A stretch of DNA of 64,000 nucleotides from assembly GCA_963667605.2 (NCBI GenBank), contig CAXXUZ010000003.1, positions 1,558,992 to 1,622,991 of the forward strand, in the 5' to 3' direction. Below, in pieces: positions 25,814-33,856 of the stretch. The stretch is from Kaistiaceae bacterium. Lineage in GTDB: Bacteria; Pseudomonadota; Alphaproteobacteria; Rhizobiales; Kaistiaceae. Positions within the stretch are counted from its first letter, which is position 1, and the number at the start of each line of letters is the position of its first letter. A program made the position numbers and the translations under genes. The notes beneath the pieces were generated by a model that worked only from the letters and a program-made list of their open reading frames with translations, had not been told where the DNA came from and made no database searches.

Positions 25814-26350
25814 CTAGTACTCCGGGTGCCAGTTCAGGCCAACATGCACAAGCGTGCCGTCAAAACCGCCGCCGAAACCGCCGAGGGCCAGGGCTTTACC
25901 GAACACCGACAGGGAGCTGTCGATGGCGAACTCAACCCCGCCGCCGGCTACCCAGGCAGGCCCAGGGACGCCGACGCCAACTTCGGCGAAGAGTAGGGCG
26001 CTCCCGCCGAGCAAAACGCCAAACCTTCCAGTCAGAGCGGCGTCAAGGGCAAAAGTGGGTCCGGGATGAATCTGAGCGGCTACCGCGCCTTCGATGCCAA
26101 CCAACATGTTGTTGAAGACAAAATTATAACCGGCCTGCAGCCCCGCACGCCAGTTGCCGAACACAAATGCAGAGTCAAAGAACGCCCCGCCATGGGCTCC
26201 CAAATAGGGCCCGGCCCAACCGAACGAAGGCACGGGAGCTGCAACAACGGCCGACGTTACGACCGGGAGAATTGGATCGGCCGCCTTTGCCCCTTCGGTG
26301 ATCAGTGCCGCACCCGCGACACCGAGCATCAATGCTTTGCCAAGTTTCAT
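25814..26350 (-). CDS. Outer-membrane beta-barrel protein (Omp25/OmpA-like small porin family)
   Basis: Signal peptide MKLGKALMLGVAGAALITEGAKA, alternating Gly/aromatic beta-strand pattern, and a C-terminal aromatic-rich strand ...VGLNWHPEY. Confidence 0.7.
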   Translation of the reverse strand: MKLGKALMLGVAGAALITEGAKAADPILPVVTSAVVAAPVPSFGWAGPYLGAHGGAFFDSAFVFGNWRAGLQAGYNFVFNNMLVGIEGAVAAQIHPGPTFALDAALTGRFGVLLGGSALLFAEVGVGVPGPAWVAGGGVEFAIDSSLSVFGKALALGGFGGGFDGTLVHVGLNWHPEY

Positions 26351-26524
26351 AATCTGGCCCTCCAAAGACCAACGTTTAGCCCGAAGGAGACCTCTCCTTT
26401 AACCCCATTCCAAAGCAACGAAAAGTCCAACCAGATAGCGGGTCAAAACACGTCAGGTAGAGACTGGGACTTCGGCGGGCGCGGATTGTTGGCCCTTTGA
26501 GCTGCCACATCCGCGCGGCACAAA

Positions 26525-27526
26525 TCAATCAACGAAATCGATCATGTTCGAGAGCAGTTGGATCTTTTCCAGTCGGCTGAGATCGCCGGCGAAAGCGACG
26601 GCTGCTTCCGCCGCTGCGAAGGCGGCTGCCTCGTCTCCGCAGCGAGCATAGGCGCGAGCTGCCCGAGCTGTCGTGATCGCGCGTACAACCACTGGCACCG
26701 CGGCAGCAGGTAGCGCGTCCAGGACGGCCAGTCCGGCTTCGATCAGTTCAATTCCGGCTTGCGCGCCGTCAACGGCACATGTGCCGCCGGCAAGGGATAC
26801 CGCATTCGTCGCTTTGATAAAGGACGGCGCGACGAGTGAATCATTGACGGCGATTCCGGCCGCCACAGTGCATGTCGCCCCGTCGAGATCGTCCGCTCTA
26901 TGCTGCGCCCATGCGATTTCCTACGCGATCGGGATTTGAAGTCGGCTTGGCTCGATCGACTGCATCGCGGCAAATGCCTCGTCGAGGGTTGCTATCGCGG
27001 CGTCGAGATCTCCAACCCTTTGCTGCGCCACCGCTATACCAAGCAGAGCCCTGATTTCTGGCTGAAGAACGGCTATCAGCCTTGCTCCCTCAAGTGCCCC
27101 GTCTATATCGCCGGCAAAGGCCGCCCGGGATTGCTCGACCGCCGCGACGAAACCTGGATCCGTCATCTGACGCGTGGCGGAGCTAGGAATTGGCACCAAG
27201 ATGAGTTCATCCCGGCTTAGGAGCAGCGTGTGATACCAAAACGCCCAGAGATGATCGGCCTGTCCCGGCTCTGTGTTTTCGAGGAGCCGCTGCATGTCAT
27301 TGGCAAAACACACATCATCAAACGGTTCGAATGCACACAGAAATGCGTCACCAAAGATCTGCGCGACGCGCACGCCGCCACTGCGGATCTCGCCGTGGCC
27401 AATTTTCCCGGGGAAGATTTCGCTATTAGCTGCATTCGGCGAAAAGGCCAGCCCAGGGGGCAATATCGATCCAGCAGTTGCTCCAGCCAGAAGCAAACCA
27501 AGACAAACAAATTTGTCGGTGTTCAT
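26525..27526 (-). pseudogene. Secreted helical-repeat (TPR-like) protein interrupted by one in-frame TAG at 26921-26923
   Basis: ORFs 26921..27802 and 26525..26866 are in the same frame (26923-26866=57) and are separated only by the TAG. Read-through gives ...SRLQIPIA*EIAWAQHRADDLDGATCTVAAGIAVN.... Signal peptide MNTDKFVCLGLLLAGATAG starts at the ATG at 27526. Repeated GD(L/I)D.A motifs. Confidence 0.5.
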
Positions 27527-27688
27527 CTCGCCATCCCCATCTCGCCACGGCCCTGCGGCACTTTTGTCAACTGTGATTGTATCACTGGCCAGCGAATCTT
27601 CGCCAACCGACACTCGTCGGCGGATTGGCGCATCTTCCTGGCAAGCTCCCATGTTGATTTGAGCGCCGAAACATGATCGGAGGGGGCC

Positions 27689-28219
27689 ATGGAACGACCA
27701 TATTTGTGGATAAAGCGCGGCATCTTGGCCGGTGCTTTTGTCATGGTTTTGACGCTTGACGCGATCCCAAAAAGCGTGGCTCCAGTGGCAGATGAGGTTC
27801 AACTGGATCCGGCAATGGCCGCGTTGATAAAGGCTGCCGATCCGGCGGTTGGGGAGTCCGTTGTCAGAATTTGTTCAGGTTGCCATTCCTTTGGCCGGGG
27901 CGAGGGACCCGTGGTCGGGCCCAACCTATACGGCATCGCTGACGCTCCCATCGGGAGGGCGAAGGGATATGAGTATTCCGCCGGAATGACAGCCCTAAAA
28001 GCCGCCGAGGCGACATGGTCTCTTGCCCGCCTTGATCGGTTCCTGACCTCGCCGGCGGCGTTTGTGCCGGAGACCGGAATGGGCTTCCCGGGAATAGCCG
28101 ACGACAACGACCGAGCCGCTCTCATCGCATATCTAGTGACGCTGTCCGTTGATTTGGTGCCGCTGGGCGACGCTGGTGCCCCGAGCGTTGAGCCACCATT
28201 GGGCGGCAGGAAGCCGTAG
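27689..28219 (+). CDS. Membrane-anchored class I c-type cytochrome
   Basis: N-terminal TM helix, haem-binding CSGCH and a distal Met region (PETGMGFPG). Cytochrome c2/c550-like fold motifs (GPNLYG..., ...LIAYL). Confidence 0.8.
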   Translation: MERPYLWIKRGILAGAFVMVLTLDAIPKSVAPVADEVQLDPAMAALIKAADPAVGESVVRICSGCHSFGRGEGPVVGPNLYGIADAPIGRAKGYEYSAGMTALKAAEATWSLARLDRFLTSPAAFVPETGMGFPGIADDNDRAALIAYLVTLSVDLVPLGDAGAPSVEPPLGGRKP

Positions 28220-28359
28220 AAGAAGCCGTCCAGCAAAACATCCAAATTGTCAGGCCGAGCATAAATTTTCCGAGCGGCTCACCGGCCCCTGATGTTGCCT
28301 GAGCTTGGTTTGAGCACCGATTGGTGCCCCTGCTTGGAGACCTAACCGTCTGTTTTAAT

Positions 28360-28435
28360 TGGCTCCCCGGGCCGGACTCGAACCAGCGACCCAGCGGTTA
28401 ACAGCCGCTTGCTCTACCAACTGAGCTACCGGGGA
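28360..28435 (-). tRNA. tRNA-Asn (anticodon GTT)
   Basis: Reverse complement folds as acceptor TCCCCGG/CCGGGGA, anticodon arm AGCGG-CTGTTAA-CCGCT, T-loop TTCGAGT, encoded CCA. Confidence 0.95.
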
Positions 28436-28620
28436 CCGTGCGCTATGGCGGCGCTGGCTATAGCAAAGCGGTCGATTGTTTGCCAAGCCAAAACGCCCCA
28501 TGTTTGATCCGTTTGAGGTGCAAGACTTGCGTTTGCGACCGTCAGGGCACAGTTTGAAGGGCAAGGGGTGGTCCGAGTTCGGCTCGCGGCAGGCCCGAAA
28601 ATCGGGACCGTTATCCCCAA

Positions 28621-28884
28621 ATGCCTACAATTCGAGTCTTCAAACTCCGCTTCAATGTCCCGGCCAATCGGGCAGCGCGAGCCGCCCTTGGCGGCGGACT
28701 GGTTGCCGGCGGGGTGCTCGGCTTTCTTCCCGTGCTCGGCTTCTGGATGATCCCGGCCGGCGTCCTGGTCCTAGCCATCGACTTTCCGGTCGTCCGTCGC
28801 TGGAACCGCCGCGCCACCATACGCTTTGCGCGCGCTTGGAATGGATTTCGGCGGAAGCAGCGTTCTTCGCCGGGATCGACCTAG
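28621..28884 (+). CDS. Small two-helix membrane protein (PGPGW-family-like)
   Basis: GGGLVAGGVLGFLPVLGFWMIPAGVLVLAIDFPVVRRWNRR resembles the PGPGW small membrane protein family. Confidence 0.5.
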   Translation: MPTIRVFKLRFNVPANRAARAALGGGLVAGGVLGFLPVLGFWMIPAGVLVLAIDFPVVRRWNRRATIRFARAWNGFRRKQRSSPGST

Positions 28885-29187
28885 GGCGAATCCAAGCCCA
28901 TCGTGTCACTCGGTTGAGTTCTCTAGCGAGCCGCCGGAAGGCCTCTCCCTCGATATTAAGGCCGGAATAGGTAGTTAGCCAGGGCTTAACGGGCAGGGTT
29001 GACAACGGGTGGTGATAGACGACGTTGGAGAGCGGCTCCGCCGAGGCGTCTATCTTCGGCGGGTACGGCTGCTTCAGCGGGCCTCTACGTTCCTTCGGTC
29101 ACTCGCATCTGCTTGCGGGACTCATGCTTGTTGTGTTCCTTCCCGCCTATCCAAGTCTCATCGACCTCCATGGGGCCAGCAAAGGTT

Positions 29188-30639
29188 CTATGTTCTCGGT
29201 GCTGGTGTACCAGGAAGTACCGGTTGAGGCTCATGGCGTCCGGCGACCGTAGGCGTCTTGAATCGCTTTCCCTCTAAGATTTCCCCGACCGTCAAGAGTT
29301 GCATCTTCGGGTACTCGATTCCGAGTATTTCCAGCGTTCCAGCGTCGGCCATGAAGCTGCGGGCCTTAGTCGTTCCCAGCGGCTGCATGACGATGAGACC
29401 GGCCATAAGTGCCGTATCGTAGTCAAGGACGCCCTTCAAGGCTCTCAGGTCGCTTATGGATGGGTTGGCCCCGCCCTTCACCTCTACGACCATGCTCTGC
29501 AAGTCCTGGGCGTGTGGTACGGCAAAGTATACCCGCCCGTCGATCCCGCCGTCGGCGGACCGTTTCGTCGTTACAAAGCCGTCCGCCTGCTCGACCGCCC
29601 ACTTCTGGAAATGGTACTTGTCCCGCTCCCATAGGTCCTGTGCGCCCTCAACCGTGCGCGGGACACCCTCAACGGTAAAGTCCTGCCCTTCCACCAGTCC
29701 AAGCCGTTCTGTCAGCCGCACGCGGGCTACGCGCTTCACCGCGTGGATGGCTATGTCTATGCCTATCCACTTCCGTCCTAGATTGTGAGCCGCTTCCATC
29801 GTCGTAGCGCATCCGCAGAAGGGGTCGAGAACGACATCGCCAGGGTTGGAACTGGCCGCGATGATGCGCTCCAACAGGGCCAGGGGCTTCTGGGTTGCGT
29901 AGCCCATGCGCTCCTTGGACTGCGAATTCAAGACGGGGATTTGCCAAACGTCACCAGCCCTTACGCCTTTCTCGTCTATCGACGTGATGTAAACATCGCC
30001 GTCTTTTATCCGCGTGTGATAGTTCTGCTTCCGTTTCAACGACTTTGCGGTGTAAGGATCATATTGGACATTGAAAAGCCGATTGGTATTCGACTTGCCA
30101 TAGAATAGGATGGTGTCATGCAACCGCTGGAATCGCTTAGCCTTACCCGTCCAGCGTCGGTAATGCCAGATGATTTCATTCTGGAAGCTCCCATGCTCAA
30201 ATATAGCATCCAAGAGCGGCTTCACATAGTGACTTGCGGTCGGGTCACAGTGGAAGTAGAGGCTCCCTGTAGGTTTCAGAATCCGGCGCATGATCAACAA
30301 TCGTTGCACCATGTATGACAGATACGCCAGTAGGCGGGGCTGTGTCCCTCGGAGTGCGTTCATCCACAAACGCCAGAACTCGACCATCGCGTCGTCGATG
30401 CCGTTCTCGCGCATCAGGACGGGCATGGTGCGGATGGCCTGCTCCCGTTCGGCGTCCAGCTCCCACATATCGCAGAACGCCTCTATCTGGTCGGGAAGAG
30501 GACGGCCCGTCTCGTCCCTGTAGATCGCGTTGTACTGGCGTTGTGAGTTGAAAGGTGGATCGAGGTAGATTAGGTCCGCGCTGGCAAGCGGGAACTCCTG
30601 CATAATCGTGAAGCAGTCGCCGTAGTAAAGACGATTCAC
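29188..30639 (-). CDS. Beta-class N6A/N4C DNA methyltransferase fused to a C-terminal Mrr/PD-(D/E)xK-like restriction-endonuclease domain
   Basis: VNRLYYGDCFTIMQEFPLASADLIYLDPPF (motif IV DPPF) precedes VLDPFCGCATT (motif I), which indicates beta-class order. The C-terminal region SADGGIDGRVYF...SMVVEVKGG resembles the Mrr_cat core. The GTG start at 30639 overlaps the transposase stop (GTGA). Confidence 0.85.
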   Translation of the reverse strand: MNRLYYGDCFTIMQEFPLASADLIYLDPPFNSQRQYNAIYRDETGRPLPDQIEAFCDMWELDAEREQAIRTMPVLMRENGIDDAMVEFWRLWMNALRGTQPRLLAYLSYMVQRLLIMRRILKPTGSLYFHCDPTASHYVKPLLDAIFEHGSFQNEIIWHYRRWTGKAKRFQRLHDTILFYGKSNTNRLFNVQYDPYTAKSLKRKQNYHTRIKDGDVYITSIDEKGVRAGDVWQIPVLNSQSKERMGYATQKPLALLERIIAASSNPGDVVLDPFCGCATTMEAAHNLGRKWIGIDIAIHAVKRVARVRLTERLGLVEGQDFTVEGVPRTVEGAQDLWERDKYHFQKWAVEQADGFVTTKRSADGGIDGRVYFAVPHAQDLQSMVVEVKGGANPSISDLRALKGVLDYDTALMAGLIVMQPLGTTKARSFMADAGTLEILGIEYPKMQLLTVGEILEGKRFKTPTVAGRHEPQPVLPGTPAPRT

Positions 30640-31505
30640 GCGACTGCCTCCTGGAGAAAGCCCTCGAAGACGTTCTCGGAGTTCCGCGCGTTGTACTTGT
30701 AGCAGGACTCCACAACGTAGGCGATGGAGTGCTCGTCGGTGTAGTGGTGGTGTGTCCCGTACCACGCCCGCTTTAGCAGAGACCAGAAGCCCTCTATCGT
30801 GTTCGTGTGGGCCAGGCCGTCGACGTAGTGGGTCGAGTGGTCGACCGTGATGTGCCGCATATGTCGGCGCATCTGCCGGTATCTGGCCCAGGCATCCGTG
30901 ACCAACAGGGCCGCGCTGTCGACCGTGTCGTTGAGGAATGACGTAAGGGCCGCGACGTCGACCTTCAGAGACGGTTTGGCTACGACCTTCCCGCCGCGCT
31001 CGACCGCGCCGATGACCGGGAGCTTGTCTGTACCACGTCCACGCGTGGAGGGCCTATAGCCGTCGCGCCTGTTGGGCTTACGGGGCTCGCCGCCGACGTA
31101 GGCTTCGTCCGCCTCGACGAAGCCGGATAGCAGCGCGCCCTCGTCCACCATCGCCCGCCGTATCCGCATCGCCATATACCAGGCGGTCTTCTGATTCAGG
31201 TCTAGGTCTCTGGCAAGCTGATGAGACGACAGGCTTTTCTTGGAGTTGAGAACCAGGGAGATCGCCAGGAACCATTTCTGTAGCTCGATCTTGGTCTTCT
31301 GGAAGATGGTTCCCGACAAGACATTGAAACTGGACTTACAGCCGCGGCAATTCCAACGCCCGATCCGGTCGCCGTCGGCTTTGCGCCCTACCGTGACACA
31401 CCCACAAAGCGGGCAGGCTGGTGTATCATGCCAGCGCACGCGCTCTAGGTGCTCTATACAGGACTCGTGATCGGGGAATCGCTGGAAGACTTTGATGAGG
31501 TCCAT
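30636..31505 (-). CDS. IS1595-family transposase (zinc ribbon plus ISXO2-like DDE domain), intact
   Basis: CIEHLERVRWHDTPACPLCG...WNCRGCKSSF (Zn ribbon), VEADEAYVGG, LVTDAWARY and HTNTIEGFWSLLKRAWYGTHHH. Confidence 0.9.
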   Translation of the reverse strand: MDLIKVFQRFPDHESCIEHLERVRWHDTPACPLCGCVTVGRKADGDRIGRWNCRGCKSSFNVLSGTIFQKTKIELQKWFLAISLVLNSKKSLSSHQLARDLDLNQKTAWYMAMRIRRAMVDEGALLSGFVEADEAYVGGEPRKPNRRDGYRPSTRGRGTDKLPVIGAVERGGKVVAKPSLKVDVAALTSFLNDTVDSAALLVTDAWARYRQMRRHMRHITVDHSTHYVDGLAHTNTIEGFWSLLKRAWYGTHHHYTDEHSIAYVVESCYKYNARNSENVFEGFLQEAVA

Positions 31506-31565
31506 ATCGTCAACCCTCTGTGTGATAAGAGGATTGTATCTGAGCCTCCCCCGATTGTCAAGCCC

Positions 31566-31856
31566 CTAACTACTTATTCCGTTGACGAATTGGCTAATCC
31601 TCACGTCATCGTCGTAAATTGGTGCGCTCTCTGGCGGAAGCGATGAGGTTGCGAGTATCAACAGGTCTCGGAGAAACGAGTTGATCGCGGTGTCAAAGAA
31701 GACCTTTTGCTTTCCGCCAACCTTCTTGCCACCCCACATTTGGTCTATTCTGTCAAAAGCTCCGAGCACGTGCGCCATCGTGTTGGCGCGGCCGCGAAGC
31801 TCGTCGGCTTTGGTGACGAGGTTGGCTATGGTGTCATTCGACGCTGTGCGCGGCAT
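31566..31856 (-). CDS. Hypothetical ORF whose last 5 codons lie inside the IS1595 right inverted repeat (probably a truncated gene)
   Basis: 96-aa ORF in lower-GC DNA between the IS end and tRNA-Cys, ending ...RISQFVN|GISS* with the bar at the IS boundary. No family recognised. Confidence 0.3.
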   Translation of the reverse strand: MPRTASNDTIANLVTKADELRGRANTMAHVLGAFDRIDQMWGGKKVGGKQKVFFDTAINSFLRDLLILATSSLPPESAPIYDDDVRISQFVNGISS

Positions 31857-31938
31857 TCGGGGTGAGACGCTCTATTCGGCTGGGCTGGCCGGGGTTGATT
31901 CGCAACAACGCAGATAGACTAGCGATTTCAACAGGAAT

Positions 31939-32012
31939 TGGAGGCCTCGCCCGGAATCGAACCGGGGTGCACGGATTTGCAGTCCGCTGCGTAACCACTC
32001 CGCCACGAGGCC
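31939..32012 (-). tRNA. tRNA-Cys (anticodon GCA)
   Basis: Reverse complement folds as acceptor GGCCTCG/CGAGGCC, anticodon arm GCGGA-CTGCAAA-TCCGT, T-arm CCCGG-TTCGATT-CCGGG, encoded CCA. Confidence 0.95.
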
Positions 32013-32140
32013 GTCCATCGCCGGATGTACAGACCGTTGCGCGACCCGACAAGCCCCGGCATGGACGGCAAATCGACGCCGAACTTGTCAGCGTCGACCG
32101 GCAACGGTAATCCATGCGGGCCGGACGTCGGGGAGAGGCT

Positions 32141-32812
32141 ATGACTGATTTCGCTGAGGCGCGGCGGACGATGGTTGATCGGCAGATCCGCACCGTCGAC
32201 GTCACCGACGCCGATATTCTGGACGCCATCGGCGGGGTTCCCCGTGAATTGTTCGTGCCGCCGGAGTTGCGGTCGCTGGCCTATACCGATGCCGATTTGC
32301 CGATCATCCAGGCCAAGCCGGGGGAGGAGCGGCGGTTCTTGGTTGAGCCGGCGATCCTGGCAAGGCTGATCCAGCTCGCGGAAGTCGGACGAGATGATAT
32401 CGTCCTCGATATCGGATGCGCCACCGGGTATTCCTCCGCGGTGCTATCACTGCTCTCCAATTCTGTCGTCGCGCTCGAGACCGATCCTGACTTGGCCGGG
32501 TCGGCGACCGAAACTCTGCTCGACCTTGATATCGGCAATGTCGCGGTGGTGACTGGAGCACTCCCGGCGGGCTACCCGTCCGAAGGCCCCTATGATGTGA
32601 TCCTGTTGGCAGGGTCCGTGGAAGACTTGCCGGACGCCCTGTTTGACCAACTCAAGGAGGGTGGCCGGCTCGTGACAATTGTCGGGATCGGGCCGGTTGG
32701 AATGGCGAACTTGTTTCAAAAGACCGCCGGCGAGATTTCGCATCGGGAAGCTTTCAACGCGCCCGCGCCGCCTTTGCCCGGTTTTTCCATGGCCAAGTCC
32801 TTTCAATTCTGA
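32141..32812 (+). CDS. pcm: Protein-L-isoaspartate O-methyltransferase
   Basis: MVDRQIRTVDVTDADILDAIGGVPRELFVP...VLDIGCATGYSSAVLS (SAM motif)...GRLV. Confidence 0.85.
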   Translation: MTDFAEARRTMVDRQIRTVDVTDADILDAIGGVPRELFVPPELRSLAYTDADLPIIQAKPGEERRFLVEPAILARLIQLAEVGRDDIVLDIGCATGYSSAVLSLLSNSVVALETDPDLAGSATETLLDLDIGNVAVVTGALPAGYPSEGPYDVILLAGSVEDLPDALFDQLKEGGRLVTIVGIGPVGMANLFQKTAGEISHREAFNAPAPPLPGFSMAKSFQF

Positions 32813-32956
32813 CCTCCTGACCGCCGGATACTCTGTCGAATTTCATGAGAATTCGGTGCTGCCGGGCTTTGACTTGCCGGCGGATCGGGTTCTCCTGTCG
32901 CGCAATTGTCGCAATTGATTCGAAACGGCCCTATTGCGGCGAGCAGGAGAGCACCG

Positions 32957-33817
32957 ATGGCCCAGCCCGACCAAGCCCCGGACACTTCGATGGAGGAGAT
33001 CCTGGCTTCGATACGGAAGATCATCGCCGAAGACGGGGTCGATCCCGACCCGGTGCGGCCTCCGCGTTTGGCTGTGGTGCCCGGCCCGGACGAAGACGAG
33101 CCCGCGGAGCCCGCCGAAACCGCAGTCTTGCAGCAAGAGCGCACCGCGCCGGACCTGGCGGCAGCAGCGGATGCTGATGAGGACCTGGATCGGGCCGACG
33201 AACCAACTGGCTTGGCCGAAACCGCTGCCGACCCCGTTCCGGAGGCCGAAGCGGAACTCGGAGAGAGCGATTCGCTACGCGAGGAGCTCGACTCCGATCC
33301 GATGATCGCGGAGCCGACAGATGAGGCCGCGGCGGATGAGTCAGCCGAACCTGCCGCTAACGTTGTTGCCGAGGATGGATCTCAAGAGGTGGTATCTTCC
33401 GACGGGCCTGCCATCGGCTTGAGCAATCTTGCAGCCGAGGAATCGGAGGGAACGGTCGGCGCGCCGTCGGAGGACGATCGGCCGCCTCGCCCGACGCCGG
33501 CAATAGAGGCCATCGCCGCCGCAATGGCCGCAGGCACTGCTGAGCCAGACGAGAAGACCTCCGAGGATCGGCTCCTGTCGCCACGCACCGATGAGGCGGT
33601 GAAAGCCGCTTTCGACCGGCTGGCCCATACCATCTTCACCGATCAGGTCCAGACTTTGGAGGAAATGGTGAAGGACATGATGCGGCCGATGCTGCGGCAC
33701 TGGCTTGACGACAATCTCCCGGTCCTGGTCGAACGACTCGTCCGCGAGGAGATTGAACGAGTCTCACGCGGCAGCGCTGACCGCCGATTGTTGACGACTG
33801 GTCATTTGTCCGACTAG
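32957..33817 (+). CDS. DUF2497 / PopZ-like acidic protein
   Basis: N-terminal MEEILASIRKIIAEDG, a long acidic Pro/Ala/Glu-rich linker, and a conserved C-terminal LEEMVKDMMRPMLRHWLDDNLPVLVERLVREEIERV. An AGGAGA SD lies upstream of the ATG at 32957. Confidence 0.75.
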   Translation: MAQPDQAPDTSMEEILASIRKIIAEDGVDPDPVRPPRLAVVPGPDEDEPAEPAETAVLQQERTAPDLAAAADADEDLDRADEPTGLAETAADPVPEAEAELGESDSLREELDSDPMIAEPTDEAAADESAEPAANVVAEDGSQEVVSSDGPAIGLSNLAAEESEGTVGAPSEDDRPPRPTPAIEAIAAAMAAGTAEPDEKTSEDRLLSPRTDEAVKAAFDRLAHTIFTDQVQTLEEMVKDMMRPMLRHWLDDNLPVLVERLVREEIERVSRGSADRRLLTTGHLSD

Positions 33818-33856
33818 GACCGACAGTCACGTAGCTAGTGCGGTAACACCCGGAAA

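Larger units (their letters stand above)
28964..31580 (-). mobile_element. IS1595-family element carrying a passenger gene (transposase plus methyltransferase/nuclease-domain fusion inside one pair of inverted repeats)
   Basis: Left end at 28964 is GGAATAGGTAGTTAG. The reverse complement of the right end at 31580 is GGAATAAGTAGTTAG (14/15 identical). Both continue with GGGCTT(A/G)AC..GGG similarity. I could not find a target-site duplication. Confidence 0.65.

Noticed and set aside
28931-28975. Possible degenerate direct repeat of the tRNA-Cys 3' end (GGAAGGCCTCTCCC...GCCGGAATAG versus GGAGGCCTCGCCCGGAATCG) as an island att site
   Set aside because: The similarity is short and interrupted by an 11-nt insertion, and part of it belongs to the IS1595 left inverted repeat. 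This is not enough to call an att site without a computed alignment.
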